IMG/VR virus record: IMGVR_UViG_3300017430_000001
Coordinates: 1-57,102 of that record
Strand: one strand, 5' to 3'
DNA length: 57,102 bases
Source of the DNA: a virus
This document shows, in pieces, positions 31,986 to 41,300 of the stretch. Under the pieces are notes generated by a model. That model did not search any database, was not told the origin of the DNA, and saw only the letters and a program-made list of their open reading frames with translations. A program made the translations under genes and the position numbers. Numbering within the stretch: position 1 is the first letter of the stretch; each line of letters starts with the position of its first letter.

Positions 31986-33089
31986 ATGGCTGATATTGGC
32001 ACTCGTCCCGCCATTGGGCAAAAGCCGTGGGATTTGTGGCCCGCAATTTCAGCGGTTAACGATGAGGTCACAACTCGACTGGCAGACTCCGCCCTGGTTA
32101 AGACCACTGGGGCTCAAACCGTAGCGGGAACCAAGACCTTTTCGTCCGCGCCTGTTGTACCCGATGGCGCTTTCTCTTTCTCAAAGGTAACGGGCCTACA
32201 AACTGCTCTAGACGGCAAGATCAATTCGGGTGCCGCCGCCGGTAACGTGGTGATTGGGTCAAACCAAGTACACACGCCCCCCGCCGATACAAACACCGGC
32301 TTCGAGGTTGTTAAATCCATTACTAACCCAAACGTTACTTTCCTTGGGGCACTTTCCGGCTACACGGTCTACTTTGGTACGGAGGGGGCAAACGCTGGTA
32401 GCATCCAGGGCGGTGCCTGCGAAGCGTACTCCCTTATGACGGGCACCGTGACCCACGCCGTTCTTGGATGGGAGGGTGTGGGGTCAGTCGCCGGTACGGG
32501 CTCTTATTCACAAGTCATTGGTTTGGCATCCACCGCCCAGGCGAAAGACACCACTTCGGTCACGAACCTCATTGGTTACCAGGCCCGCGGCCCTGTCGGC
32601 AGTGGTACGCCGAATGTTACCAATGCATATTCGGTTAAGATTCTAGAGCCGACCGTAGGTACGGAGCGCCATGCCCTGCACGTCATCGGTAGAACTACCC
32701 TCTCACTGGGTGTTCACTCCAAGTCACTTGAAATTCTCGGTACATCTGCGGTCAAGCGTTGGGACGTAGATGGCGGCGGTGTGTTTACCGGGTACGCCTC
32801 TAACGGCACCTCTGTTCGTACCAAGATGAGCACCGCCGAGGAAACTACTGGTAAGCTGTACTCGGATGCTTACACTGCGACTACTAAGCACGCAGCGTAC
32901 CTTTGGCAGGGCAGCGAGCGTCTATCCATCATGGCGGAGGGCTACCTTCGATTCGGGGACGCCATCCGTCAAACAACCGTAGGTGCGGCGGGAACCGCTT
33001 CGGCTCTGCCAGCCCAACCCACCACCTATATTCAAGTAAAAACCGCCGCCGGTTCTACGCTGGTTATCCCGGCGTACCTTGCGGCCTAA
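31986..33089 (+). CDS. Tail-fibre-like protein
   Basis: LVKTTGAQTVAGTKTFSSAPVVP motif, common in actinophage minor tail/fibre proteins; start at MADIGTRP with GAGGTGG upstream. Confidence 0.55.
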   Translation: MADIGTRPAIGQKPWDLWPAISAVNDEVTTRLADSALVKTTGAQTVAGTKTFSSAPVVPDGAFSFSKVTGLQTALDGKINSGAAAGNVVIGSNQVHTPPADTNTGFEVVKSITNPNVTFLGALSGYTVYFGTEGANAGSIQGGACEAYSLMTGTVTHAVLGWEGVGSVAGTGSYSQVIGLASTAQAKDTTSVTNLIGYQARGPVGSGTPNVTNAYSVKILEPTVGTERHALHVIGRTTLSLGVHSKSLEILGTSAVKRWDVDGGGVFTGYASNGTSVRTKMSTAEETTGKLYSDAYTATTKHAAYLWQGSERLSIMAEGYLRFGDAIRQTTVGAAGTASALPAQPTTYIQVKTAAGSTLVIPAYLAA

Positions 33090-33101
33090 CAGGAGGATAA
33101 A

Positions 33102-33230
33102 ATGTCGGAAGTTAAGGCCCCCGTGGAGTACGTACGCTTTGAATGCCTAACCGCCCCCGTTATTGACGGTGGAGAGGTAAAAGCTCTTTACGCACCCGTT
33201 TTTCCGTCTGTAGAAAAGGGTGACAAGTAA
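33102..33230 (+). CDS. Small hypothetical protein (42 aa, MSEVKAPVEYVRFE..)
   Basis: My translation; AGGAGG 5 nt upstream. Confidence 0.45.
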   Translation: MSEVKAPVEYVRFECLTAPVIDGGEVKALYAPVFPSVEKGDK

Positions 33231-33583
33231 TGGCTGAATCTGACGTTGTTCTAAAACTTATCGCAGACCTATACGCCACAAGTCTGGTTAAGGACCAAAA
33301 CCTTAATGAGATGAACGAGCAGATCAAGACTTTATCTGCGTCAGTTGAGAAGGACGAAACCCCTGTTTCATCTCACGGAATTGTTGACTCTTTTGTAGGA
33401 GTGACAATCGGAAATGGTACCGTTGGGTTGGGAAGCGACTCCCTTATTGTTGACTTTAACAACGGCGAGGTGCGAGGTACATTCGAAGACCTCAGTGAAG
33501 CCGCGGCTATTTTTGTCCGGGAGGTTCGTAACATGTTGCCATCCGGTAGGGGTAATGGCGAACCGGGGGAGGGGGAACTGTGA
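33230..33583 (+). CDS. Hypothetical protein
   Basis: ORF track. Confidence 0.55.
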   Translation: MAESDVVLKLIADLYATSLVKDQNLNEMNEQIKTLSASVEKDETPVSSHGIVDSFVGVTIGNGTVGLGSDSLIVDFNNGEVRGTFEDLSEAAAIFVREVRNMLPSGRGNGEPGEGEL

Positions 33584-33807
33584 TTTTGGACTACGATCAC
33601 CAAGTTGAAACGGTAAACAACCACATTTCAACAGATTCCTACGTCTACGGCTTGAAGTCAGACGGAACAGTTCTGTACGCAGCGTATAAAGATGGTACGT
33701 ATGAGGGTAGTCTAAAGGCCGTTCTTGATCGCGCGGAGGGACAAGATTGGTATATCTCTACTGCCGCGTTGAAAGCACTTTTAGGTACCCCAGAGCAGAA
33801 TAGATAA
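33580..33807 (+). CDS. Hypothetical protein
   Basis: ORF track. Confidence 0.5.
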   Translation: MILDYDHQVETVNNHISTDSYVYGLKSDGTVLYAAYKDGTYEGSLKAVLDRAEGQDWYISTAALKALLGTPEQNR

Positions 33808-33808
33808 G

Positions 33809-34264
33809 ATGGTTAACCGCGGCCTCGCGCCTTATGATCCGACAACCCCCACGGGCCACTTTCGTGTTTTCTATGGGGACGTAACGTATACCCCACTCGA
33901 CCCTGAGGAAGCGGGTTACGGGGATTACGTCGAAATTGCGGATACAGAAATTGAGGCCTTTCTGAACTCGGCCAACGGCTCTGTTTACCGAGCAATCGGT
34001 AACTACTACGCTCAACTGGCAGGGCAAGCGGCAAAGGCCTCATCCTCCATCAAGGATTACGACCTCACTGTAGACACCACTAAACGTGCTACCGATTTGC
34101 TTAACCTTGCTAAGTATTGGTGGGGTTTGGCGGATGATGAGGACACTACCGCAGGCGGGTCGGATATCTTCGAGGTCTTCGGAGTAACCAACGCGGATAC
34201 GTGTTGCACGCCCGAAGGTGCTGCGTATTACTGCGGGTGCCGAGGTCGAAATGTACTCTTTTGA
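33809..34264 (+). CDS. Head-tail adaptor-like protein (by position)
   Basis: ORF track; first of four connector-sized genes upstream of the tail tube genes. Confidence 0.4.
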   Translation: MVNRGLAPYDPTTPTGHFRVFYGDVTYTPLDPEEAGYGDYVEIADTEIEAFLNSANGSVYRAIGNYYAQLAGQAAKASSSIKDYDLTVDTTKRATDLLNLAKYWWGLADDEDTTAGGSDIFEVFGVTNADTCCTPEGAAYYCGCRGRNVLF

Positions 34265-34724
34265 GTCGGAGGATTGGACAGCCCCGATCCATGCCGTATC
34301 CACCCAGTCCCGCTTTCAGAAATCCAAAATCAGGATCGAAGACTACAGTCTTATCACCCCGGGTGAATACCACGTGGACACCGGGACCTACACGGAACCG
34401 ACAGGTGACCCCGTTGTATACGAGGGACAAGCGCGTCTAATCGGTATTCGCTGGGGTACCTTTACCGGCGGTGAATCCCAAGCCAACGCCACCACCCTAT
34501 CGGCTATCCGCGTACAAATCCCGAAGGCCGATGAAACGACGGTACGGGTAAAACGGGGTTGCAAAATCTTCGTGCTCGAATCACCCAACAACCCCGCCCT
34601 GAACGGTTTGATCCTGACCATTACCTCCGACTTGCAAGGCTCTTCCGCTGCGGCTCGCACCTTTGAAGCAGCCCTTGATGCGGACACAACCGTTGTATCA
34701 AGTGGGGTTCCGCAAGATGGTTAA
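34251..34724 (+). CDS. Head closure/stopper-like protein (by position)
   Basis: ORF track 34218..34724, trimmed to MYSFESEDW. Confidence 0.4.
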   Translation: MYSFESEDWTAPIHAVSTQSRFQKSKIRIEDYSLITPGEYHVDTGTYTEPTGDPVVYEGQARLIGIRWGTFTGGESQANATTLSAIRVQIPKADETTVRVKRGCKIFVLESPNNPALNGLILTITSDLQGSSAAARTFEAALDADTTVVSSGVPQDG

Positions 34725-35127
34725 TTTCACCAACGGACGCCAACTCTACGAATGGGTTGAAGACAAATTAGACCGTCTTACCGATCAGGCAAAAGACGCT
34801 ATCCGTGAGGGCGCTAAAGAGGGTGAAGATTTAACCAAGTTGCACATTGAGACGCGGGGTACGGCCAAGTCGGGCAAGCAAGGGCGTATTGAAACCGGTC
34901 GTATGCGGGACGCTGTGTCCTCCCGGGTGGAAAAGGATACGGATACCGAGATTGAAGCATTTTTCGGTTGGCTGGATGACCGTGCGAACTATTTCGGACT
35001 GCAAGAGCGTGGCTTTACCCACACATCCGGCGTAGACGTTGAAGGTATGTTCGCACTTTCGGACGCGGCAGACCAAGTGGTGCGAGATATCGAACGCAAA
35101 CTCGGTAAGGCGGTGAGAGATGTATAG
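34717..35127 (+). CDS. HK97 gp10-like neck/tail completion protein
   Basis: ORF track trimmed to MVNFTNG; ..FFGWLDDRANYFGLQERGFTH.. resembles the gp10-family core. Confidence 0.5.
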   Translation: MVNFTNGRQLYEWVEDKLDRLTDQAKDAIREGAKEGEDLTKLHIETRGTAKSGKQGRIETGRMRDAVSSRVEKDTDTEIEAFFGWLDDRANYFGLQERGFTHTSGVDVEGMFALSDAADQVVRDIERKLGKAVRDV

Positions 35128-35551
35128 CCTGGAAGAAGCTCAGGAAGCAATTCTTGCCTTTATCGACGCTGAATTTGTTCAGGACGTATATGAGCAGTCC
35201 ATTTCGGATTTGACCCTTGTGAGCCGCGATGCCCAGGGACGACTTAAGCCCTACATCGCCGTAGACTTTGGGGACACTGCGGAAGCAGGCGCGCGAACTT
35301 TCGCAGGCCCTCGCACTTACGATTACGCCCTCACAATCCGATGCCGCGCCATTGCCCCCACCCCGAAGATTGCCCGTCAACTCGGAAACAAGCTTGTCCG
35401 AAAAATGCTGGGCTTTTCAACCGATTGGTCAGGTGGGATTACGAAAAGCCGCGCGGCGGGGCTATTCCCGATTACCACTTCGAATATGGCGACCGAAGCC
35501 TACCAAATGGCGGTCGGCTTTAATTTGACGCTCCAACTACAGGAATACTGA
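35120..35551 (+). CDS. Tail terminator-like protein (by position)
   Basis: ORF track. Confidence 0.4.
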   Translation: MYSLEEAQEAILAFIDAEFVQDVYEQSISDLTLVSRDAQGRLKPYIAVDFGDTAEAGARTFAGPRTYDYALTIRCRAIAPTPKIARQLGNKLVRKMLGFSTDWSGGITKSRAAGLFPITTSNMATEAYQMAVGFNLTLQLQEY

Positions 35552-35565
35552 TAGAATTAAGTGAG
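35547..35565 (+). promoter_or_regulatory. Motif copy ACTGATAGAATTAAGTGAG overlapping the stop at 35549
   Basis: TAGAAT at 35552-35557; ATG 35566 follows 8 nt later. Confidence 0.35.
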
Positions 35566-35781
35566 ATGAACATTGATTTTGTAACCGTGCGAAACACCGA
35601 AACCGGTAAGGTTGGTCGGATTTCTCGGCGTCTGTTCGAGAACCCCGCCATTAACCGTGATGGCATTCTTGTCGAGGTCGAAGCGGATGCAAAACCTTAC
35701 GTCAAAGAACTTTACACCGCAAAGCCCCGCACCAAGGACGCAGACAAGTCCAAGGCGTCTGAAAAAGAGGTTTCTGACTGA
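35566..35781 (+). CDS. Hypothetical protein
   Basis: ORF track. Confidence 0.5.
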   Translation: MNIDFVTVRNTETGKVGRISRRLFENPAINRDGILVEVEADAKPYVKELYTAKPRTKDADKSKASEKEVSD

Positions 35782-36335
35782 TGGCTAATTCCCGGCTAAT
35801 CGAAGATGTTGTCTACCGGTACTACATCGCCTACCCCGAGGCTTTTGCGGACCTTACGGACATTACCGCAGCAGAACTAAACGCTAATCCCAACAACGAC
35901 GAGTCCGGTCTGATTTGGAACGTCACTTGCGCGATTTCAACGGATGGCACCACGTTCAACCTGGACGAGCCCGACTACGACGAGTCCACGTCATTCTGCC
36001 AGAAGGCGGGTGCACGTGAGCCGATGGCTAAGAACGCGGATGTGGTGTTCGAGTTCTTCCGGGCCACTTCTGAGCAGTCAACGATTAACCCCGCTCGCGT
36101 CAACTCGGCAACCATTGCCCAGCACCTTCTTACCTGGCGGGGTCAGGAAATGATCGCCATTATGTCTATCGGTAAGTCCGAAGATGCCCCGTTTGCTGAG
36201 GGCGATGAAATCTCGGTTGTTCAGGTTGCTACGGACAACGCCACGACCAACTTCGGTTCGGGTGAAAACGTCACCATGACTCAGAACTTCGCCCAGCGTG
36301 GCGTGTGGGCCTGGGAATGGCCCCTCGCGGCTTAA
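35781..36335 (+). CDS. Major tail (tube) protein paralogue 1
   Basis: Shares TAAELN plus a downstream acidic pattern with the next gene; position upstream of the chaperones. Confidence 0.5.
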   Translation: MANSRLIEDVVYRYYIAYPEAFADLTDITAAELNANPNNDESGLIWNVTCAISTDGTTFNLDEPDYDESTSFCQKAGAREPMAKNADVVFEFFRATSEQSTINPARVNSATIAQHLLTWRGQEMIAIMSIGKSEDAPFAEGDEISVVQVATDNATTNFGSGENVTMTQNFAQRGVWAWEWPLAA

Positions 36336-36354
36336 GTATTAGGAGAACATAAAT

Positions 36355-37173
36355 ATGCCTATGGATTACGTTAAGCTCCGCGCTAACCTGGACGCTTCTG
36401 TCGTCACCCCTTACATTGGCCCCTCCGGTGGTACCACGCTTGGTATCACCGACATTCACCAGCCCACCGCTGCGGAACTAAACAACACAGGCGGAAGTTC
36501 TGCCGTTGTGATGGCCGCTGAGGCAATTAGCTGGAACGACTGGGACTTCGGTGTCAGCGAGTCGGAAACCAACAACGAGCCGTCAATGGCGGACATTTCG
36601 ACCTATGAAGAGTTCGGTCAGTACAACTACGGCGGCGGTATCTCCTTCTTCCAGCCGCTCGAAAACGATGACCCCTCGAACGTTCTTTCCGTTGTCAAGG
36701 AACTGACCAAGGTTGATCTTGACCAGGACATTGCTATCCGGGTAGACGGCAACAAGTCTAACGCCACCCCCGCGGCTAACGGCGACTACATCTCGGTCTT
36801 CCGCACCACTTCAACCGCCGTTGAAAACCCCTTCACCCCGGGTGAGTCCAAGCGCCGTACGGTCACTTTCGTTGAGAACGGTGATTTCGCTCACTACACA
36901 GTTGTCGGCCCCCACACCCTTGTTGCTGTCCCCCCTGCAACTGCTCCTTGGGCTTCGGGCAAGAAGGCGCGTCTTCGTGTAACCGTTCAGGGCCGCGATT
37001 ACACCAACGCCACCCCGATTCGTTTCACGTCTTCGGATTCAACGGTTGTCGCCATTGGTCCGGGCGGCGTTTACACCGTCACCGGCGCGGCAGGCACTTC
37101 CGCCACGATTACGATCACCGACACTGACGCTAACACCACGACCACGGTAAACGTTACGGTGACTGCGCCGTAG
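36355..37173 (+). CDS. Major tail (tube) protein paralogue 2 with a C-terminal Ig-like extension
   Basis: C-terminus RLRVTVQGRDYTNATPIRFTSSDSTVVAIGPGGVYTVTGAAGTSATITITD looks like a Big_2-type domain. Confidence 0.6.
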   Translation: MPMDYVKLRANLDASVVTPYIGPSGGTTLGITDIHQPTAAELNNTGGSSAVVMAAEAISWNDWDFGVSESETNNEPSMADISTYEEFGQYNYGGGISFFQPLENDDPSNVLSVVKELTKVDLDQDIAIRVDGNKSNATPAANGDYISVFRTTSTAVENPFTPGESKRRTVTFVENGDFAHYTVVGPHTLVAVPPATAPWASGKKARLRVTVQGRDYTNATPIRFTSSDSTVVAIGPGGVYTVTGAAGTSATITITDTDANTTTTVNVTVTAP

Positions 37174-37253
37174 TAAACTAGAAGAGTAGCAAGATGGCCC
37201 CTGGCTGGTTAATTCTGGCTGGGGGCCTCCACTATTAAACGAGGGGTTTAATT

Positions 37254-37823
37254 ATGACGGAACTTGATCCGCAGACATTTAACATTGCCGATATGTTCAC
37301 CGGGGCGGCTTTCCCCAAAGAGAACGTTACGATTTACACGAATGAAGAAGCCGGGTACAAACTCGACAAACTCAACAAGCGTATCGCCCGCGAAATTGGG
37401 GTCGGTGACGACGAGACGCTAACCGAACTCGAAGAAGAGGCTAAGGCCCTTCTTGAAATCGTGAATAAGTCCCGGTACGTATTTCACATGACGGGTGTCT
37501 CCCGGGACGATCTTAAAACAATCGCGGAGAAGGCTCGCCAGGCGCACCCCTCAAAGTACGGAACGTTCGGGCAGGAACTTCCCAACCCCGAGCAGGACGA
37601 CTACTTCTCGAACCTTTTGTGGGCCATCCACACCGAGCGTATCGAAGCGCCCAATGGGGCAATGATTACCGCCCCTGACGATTCACAGATGAAGATTATC
37701 CGCACCCACCTCTCTAAGTCGCAGCAGGAAAAGATTGTGGCTCAGATTGATGACTTTGCGTCTGGGTCCGCCTCTGGGTTTGAAGCTGCGGCCCAGGAAA
37801 GCGATTTTTTATCACGGCCCTGA
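37254..37823 (+). CDS. Tail assembly chaperone (G-like, zero-frame product)
   Basis: Position upstream of the tape measure gene; slippery site near its 3' end. Confidence 0.75.
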   Translation: MTELDPQTFNIADMFTGAAFPKENVTIYTNEEAGYKLDKLNKRIAREIGVGDDETLTELEEEAKALLEIVNKSRYVFHMTGVSRDDLKTIAEKARQAHPSKYGTFGQELPNPEQDDYFSNLLWAIHTERIEAPNGAMITAPDDSQMKIIRTHLSKSQQEKIVAQIDDFASGSASGFEAAAQESDFLSRP

Positions 37824-38251
37824 CCCGGGGGGCATCCCGGGGGTTCGTACCTGCCATTCGGGCGGGTAGAACTTACGACAAGCGGCCATCTTCGTGCGTT
37901 ATCGGGGATGATTGGGTTGGGCATCGTGATCCCGTAACGGGTGAGCCTTTCGGTAATAAAACCGATTGGACGGACTGGGATTACGCCCTTATGTTTGCTG
38001 TTCAAACGATTGAGGACTTCACCACCCCGGACGGGTTACTAGCGTGGGAAATTGACGAGGACGAGGTTCGTGTTGATGCTGTGAAAAAGATCAACAAATT
38101 TGAAGCCGTTAAGCAACGAAAAACGGGCGGGGAAAAGTATAAGCCCACCCCGGGCGAGTACTTCGTCCCGGCGATTCGCCCCCCTCGCGGTAAAGATCGC
38201 CACCAGACAATTGCGGAATGGCGCGAGAATTCGCTTACCGAAGATGATTAA
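37254..38251 (+). CDS. Tail assembly chaperone, -1 frameshift product (GT-like)
   Basis: T_TTT_TTA at 37805-37811 in the correct register. The -1 frame is open from 37811 and joins track ORF 37991..38251. Confidence 0.7.
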
Positions 38252-38260
38252 ATGCCCTTA

Positions 38261-38279
38261 ACTGATAAACTGGATAGAG
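38261..38279 (+). promoter_or_regulatory. Motif copy ACTGATAAACTGGATAGAG
   Basis: TAAACT at 38266-38271, upstream of the GTG at 38313. Confidence 0.45.
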
Positions 38280-38312
38280 AGTATTTTACCCCCTGTACGG
38301 ATAGAGGATTAA

Positions 38313-41300
38313 GTGGCGGACGCGAATCTTGATATTCTGCTTCGCCTGGCGGTACAGGGCGCTAAGGGTTCAAAGCAGGAACTAGAGGGTGTTCTCAAAA
38401 CCACAGAGGAACTTTCCCGTCAAGGTAAGATTACTGAAAAGACCCTGGAATCTACCACCAAGGCGGTAAACCGGGCTCTCTCTTCCTCTACGTCCGGCTT
38501 AACCAAGCAGGAACGCGCGTTCATCCAACAGGACCGCATTTACACGAACTACCTGGAAAAGCAGGAGTCGGGATACCGCAAACAGGACGCTATTTACTCG
38601 GATTACCTTCAGAAGCAGGAATCAGGGTATCGTAAACAAGACGCCATCTACAACTCCTACATGGAGGCGCAGTACCGGGCGGATGCAAAACGGGCACAGT
38701 CTCTTGAACGACTCGGAACGGTTTTTGAAAAGTCTGAAACTCGCTCTCAGAATGCTCTTCTAAAAACGCAGCAAGCGGAACTATCCCTCAACCGGGAACG
38801 TTCACGCCGCGACAATAAGGCGGCATCCGCGGCTTGGGACGCTGAGTTTAAAGCCCTCAGTAATACAGCCGATGCGGCTAATAAGACAAAGCGGGTCTAT
38901 GCTGGGCTGGAATCCGGCTCTGCGGCTCTCAGGTACGCCAACTACGACATTGCCAACACGATGTTCACCGTGGCAGGGGCCTTTACGGCTGCGGGTGCTG
39001 CGGCGGCAGTGGCGTTTGCAAGCCAGGAAGCGGCGTTCACAACCGTTGAGCGCATTGTGGGCGGTTCGGCATCCGAGGTTGCGAAACTTCGGGAAGAACT
39101 GCAAACCCTTTCCACTGAAATTCCCCGCTCTTTCAACGACCTCTCTAGCGTTGCCTCTCTCGGTGCGGCCCTCGATATCCCGGCTAGGTCTCTGGATGAA
39201 TTCACCCGCGTTGTAGCGACGTTCGCGGCGACCACGGGCGTTACCGAAGAGGCTGCGGCTACGGGCTTTGGTCGAATCGCCCAGTACCTAAAGGTGCCCG
39301 CGGAGGAATTTGACAAACTCGGTTCCGCGATTCTTAAGGCCGGTAACATCTCGGTTGCGACCGAAGAACAGGTTCTAAAGTTTACGCAGACTTTGGCTCC
39401 GGCGGCTGCGCGTGTAGGATTCGCTACGGACGAGACAATTGCCCTCGGTGCGGCTCTTGCCTCTTTCGGTAACATCAACGTTGAAGGTGCGGGCTCCGCC
39501 CTTTCCCGTATCACCAACCAGATTGAGCGTGCAACGGCTATTGGTGGCGAGGAACTGGACCGTTTCGCTTTGGCTGCGGGTATGTCGGCTGAGCAGTTCC
39601 GTATTGCCTGGGAGTCGGACGCGGGTGGTACGTTCAACGCCATCCTAAAGGGTATTGGCGGGGTAGAAAACCTCACTATCGCACTGGATAACCTGGGCAT
39701 CCGTAACGAACGTGACCGCCGCGTTGTCCAGGCTCTTGCTCAGAATTACGGGTCATTCTCCAAGATTCTCGGTGACACCTCAGATGCATGGCGTGAAGGC
39801 ACGTACATGTCAGAGGCGTACGGACTTGTGCTGGACGACCTTAATTCCAAGTGGCAAATTTTTGTCAATGCGGTAACCAACGCGGCTGCGGCTGTGGGGT
39901 CTGCGGCGGGACCCGCCCTGAAAGACCTTCTCGATATCTCCACTCAGCTACTTGTGAAGTTGGCTGATTTCGCAGGTTCCGGTGCCGGTCAGGCGATGAT
40001 CCGCTTTGCCACAGGGGTTGGTCTCGTCGTAACCGCTTACGTCGCTCTTCGGGGTGCTATCGCCCTGGCGACGGGTACGCAACTTGCCCTCAACTTTGCT
40101 TCGGCTCAGTTGGGCGGTGCGGGCATCATGGCAGGTATTCGCGCCTACATCACGGCTCTCGGCGGCGTTACGGGGGCCGCTACCCGGGCAACCCTTGCTA
40201 CTCGGGCAATCGGAGTTGCAGCCAGGGGTGCCGTAGCGGCCGTAGCTATTGCGGCAGCTACCGTCCCCGGGTTCTTTGATGTGTTGGTGTCTGCGGCTAA
40301 AACTGCGGGCGCGGCAATGGGTGTTGCAGCCACAGGTGTCATCAAGGGTATCTTCTTTATCCTTTCGCGGGCTATTGACGGTGTTGTTCAGTTCGCGGGG
40401 ATCGCCGCACAAGCGTTCGCAGATGTTGTTTCCATCATCGACGGGGGCGCTGCAAAACAGGCAGTCTCCGGGTGGCTTAAAGATGCTTCCGCGAACGCAC
40501 TCGCCTTCGGCAGTACGGTTGACTACGCTTTCAACGCGGCTGTTTCCGATGTTGCCAAGTACGGTAAAGAGACGGGTGACAACTGGAACAAGATGCTTGC
40601 GGGCTTCCAGTCGAACACCGAAGACTCTACCGCAAACGTTGACGATCTTCTCGGTTCGCTGGAAGACCTGGGAACAGACGGATCAGACGCACTTGATGAC
40701 CTAGGCGGTAGCGCACAAAAGAACCTCCGAACCCTAGCAGACTATGCAGGCGACCTCTCCGGGGTCATCTCGCGGGCGTTTGAGATTCGTTACAACCCGG
40801 GCGCAACCCTCGACGCTATTGCAACCTCTTTCCAGTCGATTCGGGATGCTGCGGACGATGCTGCCAAGAACATTCGTACCCTGAAGGCTGATATCCAGGG
40901 CCTCGAATCGGACTTGAACATCCAACAGCGATTCTTGAACATCGCGCTTGAATACCGTGACTACGACCGAGCGCAGGCCATCCAAGCCAACATTGCCAAA
41001 CTACAAGCGGAATTGGCTGACAAAGCGGCAGAACTTTCCAAGGAGCAGGACACTAACTCCAAGACGCTGGAAGGCAATTCCCGGGCGGCAGTTGCTAACC
41101 GAACCACGGTGCGCGACCTTGTATCTCAGTACCAGGCCCACATCAACGCTCTTGCATCCTCCGGGCTTTCCCAGGAAGAATTAGCGCGTCAAACTGAGGT
41201 TCTTCGCCAGGACTTTATTAACCAGGCAACTCAACTCGGCTTCAACCGAAACGAATTGGCGCTTTACGAGCAGGGCTTCCGGGACGTAAGTGTTGCAATT

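Noticed and set aside
37196-37227. Terminator after the second tail-tube gene
   Set aside because: There is only a 6-bp GGCCCC/GGGGCC stem with a 20-nt loop and no T-tract. It is too weak to call.
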